Shown: one piece after another, positions 1 through 9,934 of the stretch | Numbering within the stretch: the first letter of the stretch is position 1 | Layout of the letters: every line of letters starts with the position of its first letter | NCBI GenBank assembly: GCA_024276795.1 | Contig: JAJRWK010000272.1 | Coordinates: 1-50,482, forward strand | Length of the DNA stretch: 50,482 nt | DNA from: an archaeon | GTDB taxonomy: Archaea > Asgardarchaeota > Heimdallarchaeia > Heimdallarchaeales > JAJRWK01 | Direction: 5' to 3' | Notes under the pieces: generated by a model | Told to the model about the DNA's origin: nothing | The model's database searches: none | The model's input: the letters and a program-made list of their open reading frames with translations, nothing else | Translations under genes and position numbers: made by a program

Positions 1-186
1 CACAATATTTATTCGAGTGGCATTATTATATCTAGGAACTTGAGAACCAAATTCTTCAGGATTAACCCAGGGAAAATTCGCTAACTCTACTAGAGCAAGG
101 GCTTGTTTTTCAAGATCATCCTCATCAAAAGGCTCATCTTCGCCCATGAAACCAACACTGGGATCTTTCTTATTTTCTACCACCAT
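1..186 (-). CDS. hypothetical protein, first 62 codons only (gene runs off the left edge)
   Basis: ATG at 186..184 on the minus strand, then an open frame to position 1 (MVVENKKDPSVGFMGEDEPFDEDDLEKQALALVELANFPWVNPEEF...). It is missing from the ORF track because there is no stop inside the window. No recognisable motif. Confidence 0.3.
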   Translation of the reverse strand, partial: MVVENKKDPSVGFMGEDEPFDEDDLEKQALALVELANFPWVNPEEFGSQVPRYNNATRINIV

Positions 187-280
187 GCTTACCCCACAGA
201 CCACACCTACTAATAATTCTTTGTACACTGCAGTATAATTTTAGGGGTTACTCTGGTATTTCCGATTGTTTCTTTGAATC

Positions 281-3115
281 TTAGTTGGATGAAAGGTGGA
301 GCATTCTCTCCTTGGCAATTTTCCAGAAAGTAGGCTCTCCCCCCAATAGCTCAGTCAGTATCTCAGCTAGTTTCATTGTTGAAATCAAAGGTGCAACACT
401 TTTTCTCCAAGAGTGGTTAAGTAGTGCTTCTCCTATCGTAAGATAGGAATTCGTTTGGTAGCCACTTGATTCTATGGGCAGAGCAATCCTCACATTTGCT
501 CTTCTCCCTTGCATTTCAACAGTAGCGTGGGAGTGAAAAAGATCTTCTAGTTTTCTAGCATGGTCGGGGTCGATTCTGAAGGAAAGGATTTCGACCAATG
601 GATTTCCTTCTTCAAATTCAAGAGGCGAGTCTTCGATCACTAATCTTGTTTCGCAGAGACGTAATATCTCTCTTAAATTTTTCAACAATTCTTCGAATTG
701 ATCTTCATGTGATCTTTGAAACAGACCAGGTCGCCCTTCTGTTTCCCAATCAGTTGGTCTAAAACCCGAAATCAGAATTCTCTCGAAATGCTCAACTATT
801 CTTGGAACGAACATTTGGATTTCTCGTTCGAGTTCAGCTAGGTTCTGCTCAGCTGTGAAAAGCATTTTCAAGGGTCTTTGTGCTTTTTTCACAGAGGAAG
901 AAAGGTACTGGTTGATCGTTTCATGATTTTTAAGGGAAGATTTGATAAGAAATTCAATTTCTGGTACTATCTGATAGTTGAAATCAAGCATCAAACGCTC
1001 AAACTGTCTTGCAGATTTTTTGGATTTGTCTTGAACAAGTCTAAGTAATTCCTGGATAGCTAAGGAATATTTTTCTATTGCTTGAATTGTTTTCTGGGTT
1101 GTTTTGGATGATGAAAATGTGAGCACGGGGTCTTCCAAGAGAGCTTGTTTGAGAGTTGCTATGTTTTGTGCAATTGTTTCAATAGCACTCGTTACTTTCT
1201 TTGGGAATTGATTTGCCCTTAATAGATCCAAGAGTTCTGTTGCACTAGTATTGTTAAAATCGGCAAAGATTGTGACTGCTGAGGCATGTGAAGTAAGCAA
1301 GTCTGCGAGTTTGGCCAATGCCAAGGACGATAATAAGATATCATAGTCCCCCAGTAGCAAGAGAAGCTCATTTGGCGTTATTCGTTGATGTTTTGCTGAA
1401 AGTAATATTCCCTCAGGCGATTTTATAATCAGAGGTTCTTGGCCAAGAGATGGTATCAACGGATGAAGTTTTATTTTTCCTTGACTAAGAATATTTTCTC
1501 CTTTTTTCACTGACGGACTTGTCCACTTAACTTCAGCATCGCCTATGTAGACACTTAATTTGTCTTTCCTTGCCCATGAGACTAATATTTCAAAAGTGGA
1601 TGGGAAATACTGGGAAAAATCGATTTCTTGAGTGCCAAAAGCAACGCCAAGATCGCTCAGTATTGATCCCAAGGTAATTAGTGGCAGGATTTCCTTGTAT
1701 TGGTTGAAGAGCGTCCGGGCAAAATTGTCTTGATGAGTGGATCCAATCATAAGAGCGTTGATTGAGTTGACAATAGCTTCTGATAGGCCTTCTAGAGAAG
1801 CATCAACAAGCAAAACTCCTAGGAAAGGCGATAGTTGAATTTTCCTTCGACTGCTTGATGATAATTTGAAGAAGGCTTCCCATTCTTTTTTCCACTTTGG
1901 GGTCTCGTCCGGTATGAGGGGCTTGCCCTTATTTGCGATGTCTTTGAGAGAGGCAAATTCGCTAAGAATGACTCGAATAAGTGTCTGGCTGGCTCCATCT
2001 ATGGCAACGGGGTAGAGCATAGAAAAGAACTTCTTGAAAAAACCAGAAAGAACAATGGCATTTTCTGGAGGAAGCTGCGAAGAGACCACAGACATCAAAA
2101 TGTCAGGCAGGGTAGGTGGCAGATTTTCTTGAATAAAGCTCGAAAATTCTTTGCGAATGGTGGTTTCAGAGATTGGTAGGAACGCGATGAGAGGATGTTC
2201 AGATATGGATGTGATTAGAGCCTCTCTAAGAAGTTTTTCTTCAAGAACTGTTATTATGCGATGAGAATCTGCTATTTTTATTTTTGCGAGTTCCGTTTTG
2301 AGTTTCTTGGCAATCACGGTTTTGATGGATTTTTGAATGAGTTTGTATGCTTCTTCTTTTTCAGGTTCTATGAGTTGATTGAAAATCGTAATTACTTGAT
2401 AGACCAATTCTCGTGGTCTTTGGCAGTAGAAAAGGCTTATGGGATGTTTCGCTAAGACTAACCCGATGAGTTCGTAGCCGAGATTTATTTCCAACTCATG
2501 ACGTGAAGTTTTTCTGAGTACTCCTTTTTCCCATAGATTTGTTCTTTTTTTGAGCTCTCGTTTGCTCTTTAGGAAAGAAAGCGTTTTGCTAGATTTGGGA
2601 TTCGAGAGTAACTCCTTAGCTACTTCGAGAATGGTTTCTTCAATGATTTCGTTAGATGAAGGGAAGTCTATCCTTAACTTAGACAACATGAGACTGTTAA
2701 TGAATGCTTGAATAATGTGCCGAAATGGGATGGATTTTCCCTGAGATGCGAATTGGGCGATATTTATCATTCGGGACAGTTGCTGTCCAAAGGTAATCGC
2801 GAGGTCCTCAACTATCCGATCAAGCATGGGATCAGGATATTCCTCTGTGGTGTATGATAATAGGTAAGTAATGACGATGGGCTCCCCTTCATCAGTTTTT
2901 AGAGCAAAGGTGCCAAAGCGCGTCTGATCAGTAGTGCCCGTCATGAAAGAAGAGTCTGTGTTAGTGATTTCCGATGTAACCATGCTCTTTAGTGCTGGAA
3001 TAGTTGAGGAAAGAATTATGGGATCTAGATTGCTAGCTACATTGCCAATTTGACCGAGTTGGAGACCGCTTTGGGAAGAAATCGTAATCAATAGGTTAGG
3101 CACTGTAATCCCCAT
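281..3115 (-). CDS. large hypothetical protein (944 aa), mostly helical, no recognisable catalytic motif
   Basis: Uninterrupted 944-codon ORF. A TATA-like TTTTATAA (plus-strand ttataaaac at 3136..3144) sits about 25 nt upstream of the ATG. The N-terminal ~150 aa have a beta-alpha-beta pattern and the rest looks like long helical repeats. Confidence 0.65.
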   Translation of the reverse strand: MGITVPNLLITISSQSGLQLGQIGNVASNLDPIILSSTIPALKSMVTSEITNTDSSFMTGTTDQTRFGTFALKTDEGEPIVITYLLSYTTEEYPDPMLDRIVEDLAITFGQQLSRMINIAQFASQGKSIPFRHIIQAFINSLMLSKLRIDFPSSNEIIEETILEVAKELLSNPKSSKTLSFLKSKRELKKRTNLWEKGVLRKTSRHELEINLGYELIGLVLAKHPISLFYCQRPRELVYQVITIFNQLIEPEKEEAYKLIQKSIKTVIAKKLKTELAKIKIADSHRIITVLEEKLLREALITSISEHPLIAFLPISETTIRKEFSSFIQENLPPTLPDILMSVVSSQLPPENAIVLSGFFKKFFSMLYPVAIDGASQTLIRVILSEFASLKDIANKGKPLIPDETPKWKKEWEAFFKLSSSSRRKIQLSPFLGVLLVDASLEGLSEAIVNSINALMIGSTHQDNFARTLFNQYKEILPLITLGSILSDLGVAFGTQEIDFSQYFPSTFEILVSWARKDKLSVYIGDAEVKWTSPSVKKGENILSQGKIKLHPLIPSLGQEPLIIKSPEGILLSAKHQRITPNELLLLLGDYDILLSSLALAKLADLLTSHASAVTIFADFNNTSATELLDLLRANQFPKKVTSAIETIAQNIATLKQALLEDPVLTFSSSKTTQKTIQAIEKYSLAIQELLRLVQDKSKKSARQFERLMLDFNYQIVPEIEFLIKSSLKNHETINQYLSSSVKKAQRPLKMLFTAEQNLAELEREIQMFVPRIVEHFERILISGFRPTDWETEGRPGLFQRSHEDQFEELLKNLREILRLCETRLVIEDSPLEFEEGNPLVEILSFRIDPDHARKLEDLFHSHATVEMQGRRANVRIALPIESSGYQTNSYLTIGEALLNHSWRKSVAPLISTMKLAEILTELLGGEPTFWKIAKERMLHLSSN

Positions 3116-3322
3116 TTACATTGAAGCCGGTAAGTTATAAAACAGTTTACTGGGGGGTAGAATAAATCTAATCACACCTCTTGACGGATGCACTAAAGTT
3201 AATTTCTGAGAAATGCTCACACAATAACAAAACCCTTCCAGAAAAGAGAAACAGATGTGTATTGTAACTAGTTGCACGATTGCAACACTAGTTTTGGGAG
3301 ATATTCTTGTCGAAATCCTTTT

Positions 3323-4402
3323 TCACCAGACAGTAATAGACGAATCGCAAAACATCTCAGCTATTAAGCGCTTCTCGTGGTCTGACATGACTTGGTCTTG
3401 GAAGAAGGAAAGATTGTACATGAGTGCAGCAATAGCTAGATAATAGCTGATCGGTGGGACACCATTGTAGAGCTTTTTCAAAGGACTACCACCAATCTGA
3501 GCAAGAGTTTTCTCGTATCCTTTCATGAAGCAAATGAGTGAAGCAATCGTTTCTCTCGAGTAGCCTTGTTTTGTGAACTCCTCAAAGGCTTGGTCAATGA
3601 ATGCTAGAGCTATTTCAAAAAGCCGGTCTTGAATAATAAGCTCTGCGGGTTTGTACAAAACGTATGAAAGAATGCCTTCACCGAGAAGTATTAAATCACT
3701 GGTTAGCTGATCTCCGGGGAGAATTGACTGCATTCGGATGTATTCGGGATCATAACAAGCGAGAGCCACATAGCCTCCTTTTGATTTTCTTAGCTTGTTT
3801 TCTTCTCGCTGGGAAAGTTTTTGAATTGCAACTTTTTCTTCGTCTGTGAAAGGATAAGCATCCAAAAGATGGTTTAGAAGCAAGTTTGTTTTTTCAATAG
3901 GAGTCCTTCTCTCGTCCTTGCCGTGAATTGAAGCACACACTCTTCCTAGTGCAAAGTTCACCAGCGATTGTGAGACATCTATTTCAGTAGGTTTTTCCCC
4001 GACGGGAACTTCGTATGCTAGTGCTCTCAAGTGTTCATAAACGCCAATGATTTCAGCAGTCTGGATATCTTTTTGCTTCTTTAAGCGATTGGCTAATGCC
4101 TTATAGGTCTTAACTTCGTTAGCCATGTGTTCAATTCGTTCAAACTCTCTTACAACAAAGTCCACTTTAAAAGAACCTTGGTCTGTCAAGTAGATGGCTT
4201 TCACATGATATGTATAAGTGTTTTTGAATTGTTCAACGAGGAAATCCGTGGTTTGAACACTTACATATCGAACTGAAGACCCATCGCTACCTACAAACAT
4301 AGGTTTGAAAACTTCTATGAGATCCTCTGCAATTTCCATTATTTCATTCCGACCACAGACCCGATGCCACAGCGGGCTGGATTCCACATTTTCCTGTGTC
4401 AC
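3323..4402 (-). CDS. hypothetical protein; weak resemblance to a degenerate APH/protein-kinase-like fold
   Basis: 359-codon ORF. Segments LGRVCASIHG and ALACYDPEYIRM...SDLILLGEG loosely resemble the APH/choline-kinase 'LG..LA.iH' and 'H.D...N ... D.' blocks, but the catalytic His and Asn are not conserved. Family assignment is weak. Confidence 0.55.
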   Translation of the reverse strand: MTQENVESSPLWHRVCGRNEIMEIAEDLIEVFKPMFVGSDGSSVRYVSVQTTDFLVEQFKNTYTYHVKAIYLTDQGSFKVDFVVREFERIEHMANEVKTYKALANRLKKQKDIQTAEIIGVYEHLRALAYEVPVGEKPTEIDVSQSLVNFALGRVCASIHGKDERRTPIEKTNLLLNHLLDAYPFTDEEKVAIQKLSQREENKLRKSKGGYVALACYDPEYIRMQSILPGDQLTSDLILLGEGILSYVLYKPAELIIQDRLFEIALAFIDQAFEEFTKQGYSRETIASLICFMKGYEKTLAQIGGSPLKKLYNGVPPISYYLAIAALMYNLSFFQDQVMSDHEKRLIAEMFCDSSITVW

Positions 4403-4476
4403 TTTAACTCCCAGAGCGATTTTTAGGAAAGGCCCTGTAGAAGCCTTCCCTCTTATTAATTAGCACTTACATCCTA

Positions 4477-4992
4477 ATGAACCTTGTTATTTTCGAACTA
4501 ATCAAGAACAATATGCAAACAGCCTTAGAGCAAGAAGAGCACCCAAGCAAAGCTAAATTTCATCACATTTTCCTATTTGCTATGCATCATCTTATTACGG
4601 TGAACAAAATGGCTTTGGACTTTAGATGCAAACTGTATTTGCTTTTTTCCAAAGAAGACTCAGCCATGTATGAACTATGTCAAATGTTGTAAACACTTCC
4701 GAATTTTGCTGTAATTTTCACTTTGGAATCCAGACTTAACTTTTATGACTCTAGCAAAGTCGAAAAGGACTTTATTCGTAATGACATGGTTGCTCAGCAT
4801 GTACCTTACATTTTTCTGACATCGAAGCTACTATTCACTATGGAAGATCATGATGCTAATGAGCAAGAAAAACAAGGGATCGAGCAATATTTTCGCGACA
4901 CGATTCTGAGTTACAACTACTCCCCCAAGATTTGGCACGGATTTTACCTTGAAAATCAAATATTTTCAAGAACAGAACGTTCTAGAGCATAA
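4477..4992 (+). pseudogene. possible pseudogene: 171-codon frame interrupted by one in-frame TAA (4690..4692)
   Basis: Track ORFs 4477..4692 and 4723..4992 are in the same frame. The only stop between them is the TAA at 4690..4692 (...CQML*TLPNFAVIFTLESRLNFY...). No recognisable family. Confidence 0.25.
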
Positions 4993-5339
4993 TTAGAGCT
5001 ACTCTTCCAAAAACAAGCATGTATGGGTAGCCCTCTGGGGTCATAATCTTAGGACTACTTCTCATTATTTAGTGGTTCAGTGGTACCGTTCGCATGTACT
5101 GAAAAGCGGCAACTTTTCTCATGAAATTCTTGTCAAAAGGCTTGCAAGACCGAATTCACTTTTGAAGAATTCGTGGGAATGTAAATAAGTAGCAGTTTTT
5201 GTTCTCACAAGGATTTTTTCGGTGTTGCCAGGAACCCATAGTTGTGAGTGCATATAAACCGATTATTTTTGCAAAAATGATTATAGAAATTAGTATCACC
5301 TACGTATTCTGTTTCTGGCTCGTAAAACTAGGATATTAC

Positions 5340-5801
5340 ATGAATACAAAAAGCGCCAGATGTTATGATGGTCACATGGGAACAGATATCGCGGGAACAC
5401 CGATTGGAAATTTTGACGATGAGGAAAGAGAGGAGCAAATAGAAATATTTCGAGCCTTGAGAAACTACGGGGAAGTAATTACTAATGCTACTTTGCCAGA
5501 TAGGAGAGGCAAAAATCTCGTATTAGATGCTTTGCTAAAGAACAAGGAGGAAATGTATGGCATAATCTACCTTAACTGGAAAAGAAAGGTTGGTACCAAT
5601 AAAATACACCAAGCTGAACGATTAGTGAGTGAGACAAATCTTAACGGTGCGATTATCGTGGGGCCGTCCTTTTCGACAACAGCTCATGAATTAGCCAAAC
5701 AAGTAAATCTTAGAGGATCCGGAAGAATCATGTTGTTGGAAAAAGATGTTGTCAAGAGACTACAAGGATATGATAGCGGGAATCCTCTGCAAGCATCATA
5801 G
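5340..5801 (+). CDS. restriction-endonuclease-like (Mrr catalytic domain-like) protein
   Basis: The pattern LDALL...GIIYLNWKRKVGTNKIHQ...LNGAIIVGPSFSTTAHELAKQV...RIMLLEKDVV matches the Mrr_cat layout as I remember it (D ... [QE]xK-like block, then 'gi.vtts.Ft..A...a', then 'i.Lid'). Start placed at the ATG at 5340, because the upstream part of the track ORF begins with TTG and looks non-coding. Confidence 0.5.
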   Translation: MNTKSARCYDGHMGTDIAGTPIGNFDDEEREEQIEIFRALRNYGEVITNATLPDRRGKNLVLDALLKNKEEMYGIIYLNWKRKVGTNKIHQAERLVSETNLNGAIIVGPSFSTTAHELAKQVNLRGSGRIMLLEKDVVKRLQGYDSGNPLQAS

Positions 5802-5834
5802 AGAAATGAAATAGTTGTCGGGATCATCTTTTTC

Positions 5835-6428
5835 TTACACGGGGAGGAAAACAGCTTCTGCAAATATGATGAGAGTCCACTCTAATCGCACGGCCTTCAG
5901 ATTTTTCTCACCTATTGATAGATAGCTGTAACCAATTACCTCAGAGAGAAACAAAACAATAGCAATAATGCCCACCGTGGAACACAACTGTTCCGAAACA
6001 ATGAAGGCAATCAGAGGTTTTCTCTGAATGATTGAAACATAGTCCCCTACAGGGAAAAGGAAAAATGCAACTGTAAGTAATAGTTTTGCGGTTACAGGAT
6101 ATCTCCTCGCACGAACGAGGGCTGAAAAAGAGGATCCGATAGGATTAATAGGCAACGAATCTCCGAATAAATACGTAAAGAGAAAGTAATTTACGAAAGT
6201 TTTGATGACCCATATGGTCATTCCAAACATGGTAACTGCGAAAAAAACACTCAGCAGTAATGATTTTTCAAAACGTTCTTGCAAAATTGGATCGTAAGAT
6301 AAGGAAAGATTGGTTTTGGTTGCAACAACGAGCAGAAACAAAGTAGTTACGGCAACTTCGATAAGATTCCATTTCAAAAGCAAGACCCAATCGAAGACCT
6401 CACTTTCGTTGTTCAGTTCTCTTATCAT
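5835..6428 (-). CDS. polytopic membrane protein, unknown function
   Basis: 197-codon ORF with about 6 hydrophobic segments. Confidence 0.55.
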   Translation of the reverse strand: MIRELNNESEVFDWVLLLKWNLIEVAVTTLFLLVVATKTNLSLSYDPILQERFEKSLLLSVFFAVTMFGMTIWVIKTFVNYFLFTYLFGDSLPINPIGSSFSALVRARRYPVTAKLLLTVAFFLFPVGDYVSIIQRKPLIAFIVSEQLCSTVGIIAIVLFLSEVIGYSYLSIGEKNLKAVRLEWTLIIFAEAVFLPV

Positions 6429-6508
6429 TTATTTGACGTTAGGAATCAGGCTTTTAATTGTTGTTTTAAAACTGATCCTGTAGCAAGATAGGAGTGGTTT
6501 AGGCAAAA

Positions 6509-7507
6509 CTATCGTCGATATTTGCTAAGCTGAGTTTCAAGAGCTTTCGTTATGTTCTCAAGATTGATTCCGAGACTACTGATTTCGCTCAAATTTTCGT
6601 TCAAGGACTTTGTTTGCGATGCGACTTCCATTGAAATGTCTTGGATGACTTCATAACTTGTCGATAGCCGTTTAATGATTTTTGAGAGTTCGTCAACTAC
6701 AGCCGTTATGTCGATTTCAAACTCATTGGTGGTCTGAGTAATAAGAGAAGCCTGTCGTTTGGATTCTTCAGCAAGTCTGCGGATTTGTTCGGCAACCACG
6801 CTGAAGCCTTTTCCATACCTTCCTGCTCTCGTAGCTTCAATACTTGCGTTGATTGCAAGAAGGTTTGTCTGCTTAGCAATACTATGCAAGGATTCACTGA
6901 GTTCGGTAATTCTCGAAAGAACCCTATCGATGCCAAAGCCAAGTGATGCTAGAGCTGAAATTGCAACGTTAATGGCATCTTTTTCTGATTGAACTTCTGC
7001 GAGAAGTCGCGCGGCATCAATTCTTGCAGCTGTGGAAATTCGTTCTGAAGAATGAGAAAGATCAACGAGAGAATTTACATTTTCGATGAGACCATGATGG
7101 ATAATTTCTAATCTGCCTTGAAAGTCTTCAATAGAGTTCCTCAGATCGATTAGTGCATCAACAACAGTACTGATCTCTATGGATCTTATTTTTTCCAGAG
7201 CAAGAGGATCTAGATTCCCGTTGCTCAGGTTTCTCAAAGCCATCGAAGTTGCATATAGGGAATCGCTAGGATTTTGAATCAGATCAAGCAAGATCAAGGC
7301 TTGACCGATCAAAATCAACCCAAGCAAACCGAGTCGCAAGACATCACTAATGAATGGAAAGTAAACATAAAAGATCAAACCGACAGCAGTTAAGGAGACT
7401 ACGCTTAGCATTTTCAAGAGCTTGTTGGTCGCAATCCCGACATGTGATTCAAGAATTTGCCCCGTGGTGGCCATAAAGATCACTATTCTTTTGACTGTAA
7501 GCTTCAT
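6509..7507 (-). CDS. methyl-accepting chemotaxis protein (short form: two N-terminal TM helices, no obvious sensor domain)
   Basis: Carries the highly conserved MCP signalling hairpin motif AKQTNLLAINASIEATRAGRYGKGFSVVAEQIRRLAEES. The N-terminus has two hydrophobic helices. Confidence 0.85.
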   Translation of the reverse strand: MKLTVKRIVIFMATTGQILESHVGIATNKLLKMLSVVSLTAVGLIFYVYFPFISDVLRLGLLGLILIGQALILLDLIQNPSDSLYATSMALRNLSNGNLDPLALEKIRSIEISTVVDALIDLRNSIEDFQGRLEIIHHGLIENVNSLVDLSHSSERISTAARIDAARLLAEVQSEKDAINVAISALASLGFGIDRVLSRITELSESLHSIAKQTNLLAINASIEATRAGRYGKGFSVVAEQIRRLAEESKRQASLITQTTNEFEIDITAVVDELSKIIKRLSTSYEVIQDISMEVASQTKSLNENLSEISSLGINLENITKALETQLSKYRR

Positions 7508-7736
7508 TTATCTGATTTACGGGATAATAACTTCGATGACCAAGAAAAGGCTTGAGCTTCAAAAGACCGCAAAAGAATCACGTAATTGCTAGAACACCCT
7601 ATTCTCCGTCTCCAGTGCACCACAAGAAAAAAGACTGTCTTGGCATGGCTATTTTCAAAAGCAATCAGAAGAACTGTTAAGATTGTGTCTCGATACCAAC
7701 ACGTGTCCTCATCGTATTCAAAAGATAAGGTGAAGA

Positions 7737-8339
7737 TTATTTCTCTTCCTTGGTTTCGGCTGCCCTTTTTAATTCCTCAAGTAAAGATTCCACTTCATCT
7801 GCTTCTTCTTTTAAATCGACTGTTTCACCTTTGAATTTTTCAGCTAGTTCCAGTTGGCTTGGAATGATGTCACTTTCAAAGTTCTGCAGGTCAATGGTTG
7901 CTTCCATAAGGATTGAGTCTGCGGTAGGTCCGAAGGTCTCTACTAGTTCCTCGAATTCTTTGTTCTTGCCTCCAGACGATTGATAAATAATTTCGAATGC
8001 TAAAGAGATATTTTCCAAAAGATTGATGGCAGTTTCGAGGATATCTGGGTCTGTGTAATATTTCTGTTCTGGGGTAATGTTGATTGAAACGACGTAGATC
8101 AATGACTCTTTCTTAAGGAAGAAGTAGCGCCTAGTCGTCATCCCGATATCAGAGATTTCACCCTCCAAATGTGCTCGCGCAAACAATTCGATGGCTGCTA
8201 AGAAACCACTTAATAGGACAGTTTCGTCACCGATATCTGTATTATCATAAGTTCTAGCAAACAATGGGATGCCAGTTTCGTCTAAGATATAAATTCCTCT
8301 TACTGGGGACAGCGAGTTTTGAGACATAGAACGCACCAA
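7737..8339 (-). CDS. longin/roadblock-like domain protein with acidic C-terminal tail
   Basis: The N-terminal 110 aa (GIYILDETGIPLFARTY...LLSGFLAAIELFARAHL...RRYFFLKKESLIYVVSIN) follow the beta-beta-alpha-beta-beta pattern of sybindin/Bet5-type longin domains ('lYifdr.G.cl...l.G.l.slksf...yklh.fet.tg.k.vl'). This is a motif-level call only. Confidence 0.55.
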   Translation of the reverse strand: MVRSMSQNSLSPVRGIYILDETGIPLFARTYDNTDIGDETVLLSGFLAAIELFARAHLEGEISDIGMTTRRYFFLKKESLIYVVSINITPEQKYYTDPDILETAINLLENISLAFEIIYQSSGGKNKEFEELVETFGPTADSILMEATIDLQNFESDIIPSQLELAEKFKGETVDLKEEADEVESLLEELKRAAETKEEK

Positions 8340-8468
8340 TTGGATGATCAGAGCTAGCCTAAGACAGCCAGATTCGTACTCATAATATTACCGAATGAGG
8401 ATTTATGTTAAAGTTTCGCTGAATTACTTAAAGTGAACGAAAAAAATGCTGAAAAAATAGGCGGGTTG

Positions 8469-9200
8469 CTAAAACATCTTGATATTGTATTTGTTAAGTA
8501 TTTTTTCGATCTCCATGAATTCAGTGATTTGCTTAATGCGAATTCTATTGCGATAATATTCAAGATTTAGTTGGTTTGCAAGATTGTTTACCTGTCTTAC
8601 GACGAATGGATTGACCTCACCAATCAGCAACAAGTAACCTTCGTTCTTCGCTTCGTCGATAACGAGTAGATTGTTTCCCGCAGGAATTCTTGATTCGTCA
8701 AAAAATTCATGAAAATGGGTCCCATCAATTCTTATAGTGCGTACTCTTGGTCGAGTCAAAAGATCAGTGATTTTTTTGTTTAGCATCTGCGCAAAATCGT
8801 CGTCTAATTCTTCTTCCCCCTTAATCTTGTTCAGGTTGAATTCAAGATAGGCTTGAATAAGGCCAGATCCGCGAATTATGTCACGTGTCCGATCTTCTTG
8901 GAAAATAAGAAATACAGAGCAAAGTCTTCCATGCTCTACGATTCTAGTATCGCTTGTATTGCTTGGTTTCAAAGTGAATAGATATACCAATGCTTTGAAC
9001 TCCGGAATTCCAGGAACAGGGATTGGGCCAAACATTCCTTTAGGAGACTTGTTTGCACCCATACCGATTAGTGTCATTCCTTGCACGCCAAGTGAAAATG
9101 CTGTGGACTCGTCTAGTGGGCTAAGATTGGCCCTAATCTCAGGCCCAGTGTCCGTAACTACAGATAGCACAATTCCTTCAAATATGCTTCGCCCTATCAA
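8469..9200 (-). CDS. hypothetical protein, possible second longin/roadblock-like module
   Basis: 243-codon ORF. The N-terminal segment IVLSVVTDTGPEIRANLSPLDESTAFSLGVQGMTLIGMG...GMFGPIPVPG...ALVYLFTL...DTRIVEHGRLCSVFLIF again shows a beta-beta-alpha-beta-beta pattern. No confident family. Confidence 0.5.
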   Translation of the reverse strand: MIGRSIFEGIVLSVVTDTGPEIRANLSPLDESTAFSLGVQGMTLIGMGANKSPKGMFGPIPVPGIPEFKALVYLFTLKPSNTSDTRIVEHGRLCSVFLIFQEDRTRDIIRGSGLIQAYLEFNLNKIKGEEELDDDFAQMLNKKITDLLTRPRVRTIRIDGTHFHEFFDESRIPAGNNLLVIDEAKNEGYLLLIGEVNPFVVRQVNNLANQLNLEYYRNRIRIKQITEFMEIEKILNKYNIKMF

Positions 9201-9924
9201 CTGGATTACCCCAATGTGTTCTATTTTCTCTGTGAGGATTTAAGGTTAATTCCTTTATATAATCACTCCATAACACTACTATTAATTAATCATGGAATCC
9301 CAGACCAAAGGATACCCTATCAAGATGATTATTCTCTAAGCATAAATCCTTTTTGACAAAAAAGGCAAACAATTGGTAAGCTTTCTCAAAAACAAATGAA
9401 TTGTTGCGTTAAGTATGTGAGATTTACTTTAAGTATTAAATCACATGTTATACTAACATTTGTTAAAAGAAAAAACGTCTCGATTCTGTGTCCCCAATTC
9501 GTTACGTATTTTCAGTTTTTTCGCAAACAAATGAAATTCATTAATTCTAAAGACGGCAATGATATCTGTAAGAGGTTTAGACTCTAAAATCAAGAAAATA
9601 GGGAGTACTGTGATTTATTGTCAATTTTCTTGCCTTGAATGTCCAGAATTTCTAGGCGCTATTGGGTTTTAGGGCTTCAAACGCTATAAGCTTGTTTTAA
9701 TAAGAACTAGAACGATCCCACTTTGTCTAGATTGAAAATGTTGAATTTTAGTGGCGCCTAGATGTATTCTCGGAATAGAATTAATAGGCGATTATTCTAG
9801 AGATAAAATCCCCTCTAAGACTTGTTTTCCATAGTTTCAAGGCTTGAAACCCATTTCAGACTAGACGGCTTGAATATATTATTTATGAGGATTTGAGACA
9901 AAATGCTTTTATGGGAGCTTGTAA

Positions 9925-9934
9925 TTTATAAAAA
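9925..9934 (+). promoter_or_regulatory. TATA-box-like element (TTTATAAAAA) upstream of the small histone-fold gene
   Basis: Lies 60 nt upstream of the ATG at 9994. That would give a ~35-nt leader containing GGAGGA at 9981..9986. Confidence 0.3.

Noticed and set aside
3266-3293. Imperfect hairpin AACTAGTTGCA-CGAT-TGCAACACTAGTT, 30 nt downstream of the 359-aa gene.
   Set aside because: The 11-bp stem has a 2-nt bulge and there is no oligo-T tract on the coding (minus) strand. It could be a chance structure, so I did not call it a terminator.
9396-9587. 63-aa ORF in the long intergenic region.
   Set aside because: No SD or TATA at a suitable distance, and Cys/Phe/Lys-rich composition typical of random AT-rich sequence.
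9651-9762. 9-bp inverted repeat TCTAGGCGC / GCGCCTAGA, 95 nt apart, considered as the ends of a miniature mobile element.
   Set aside because: It is too short, has no flanking target-site duplication that I could see, and no second copy in the window. I kept it only as part of the intergenic-region observation.
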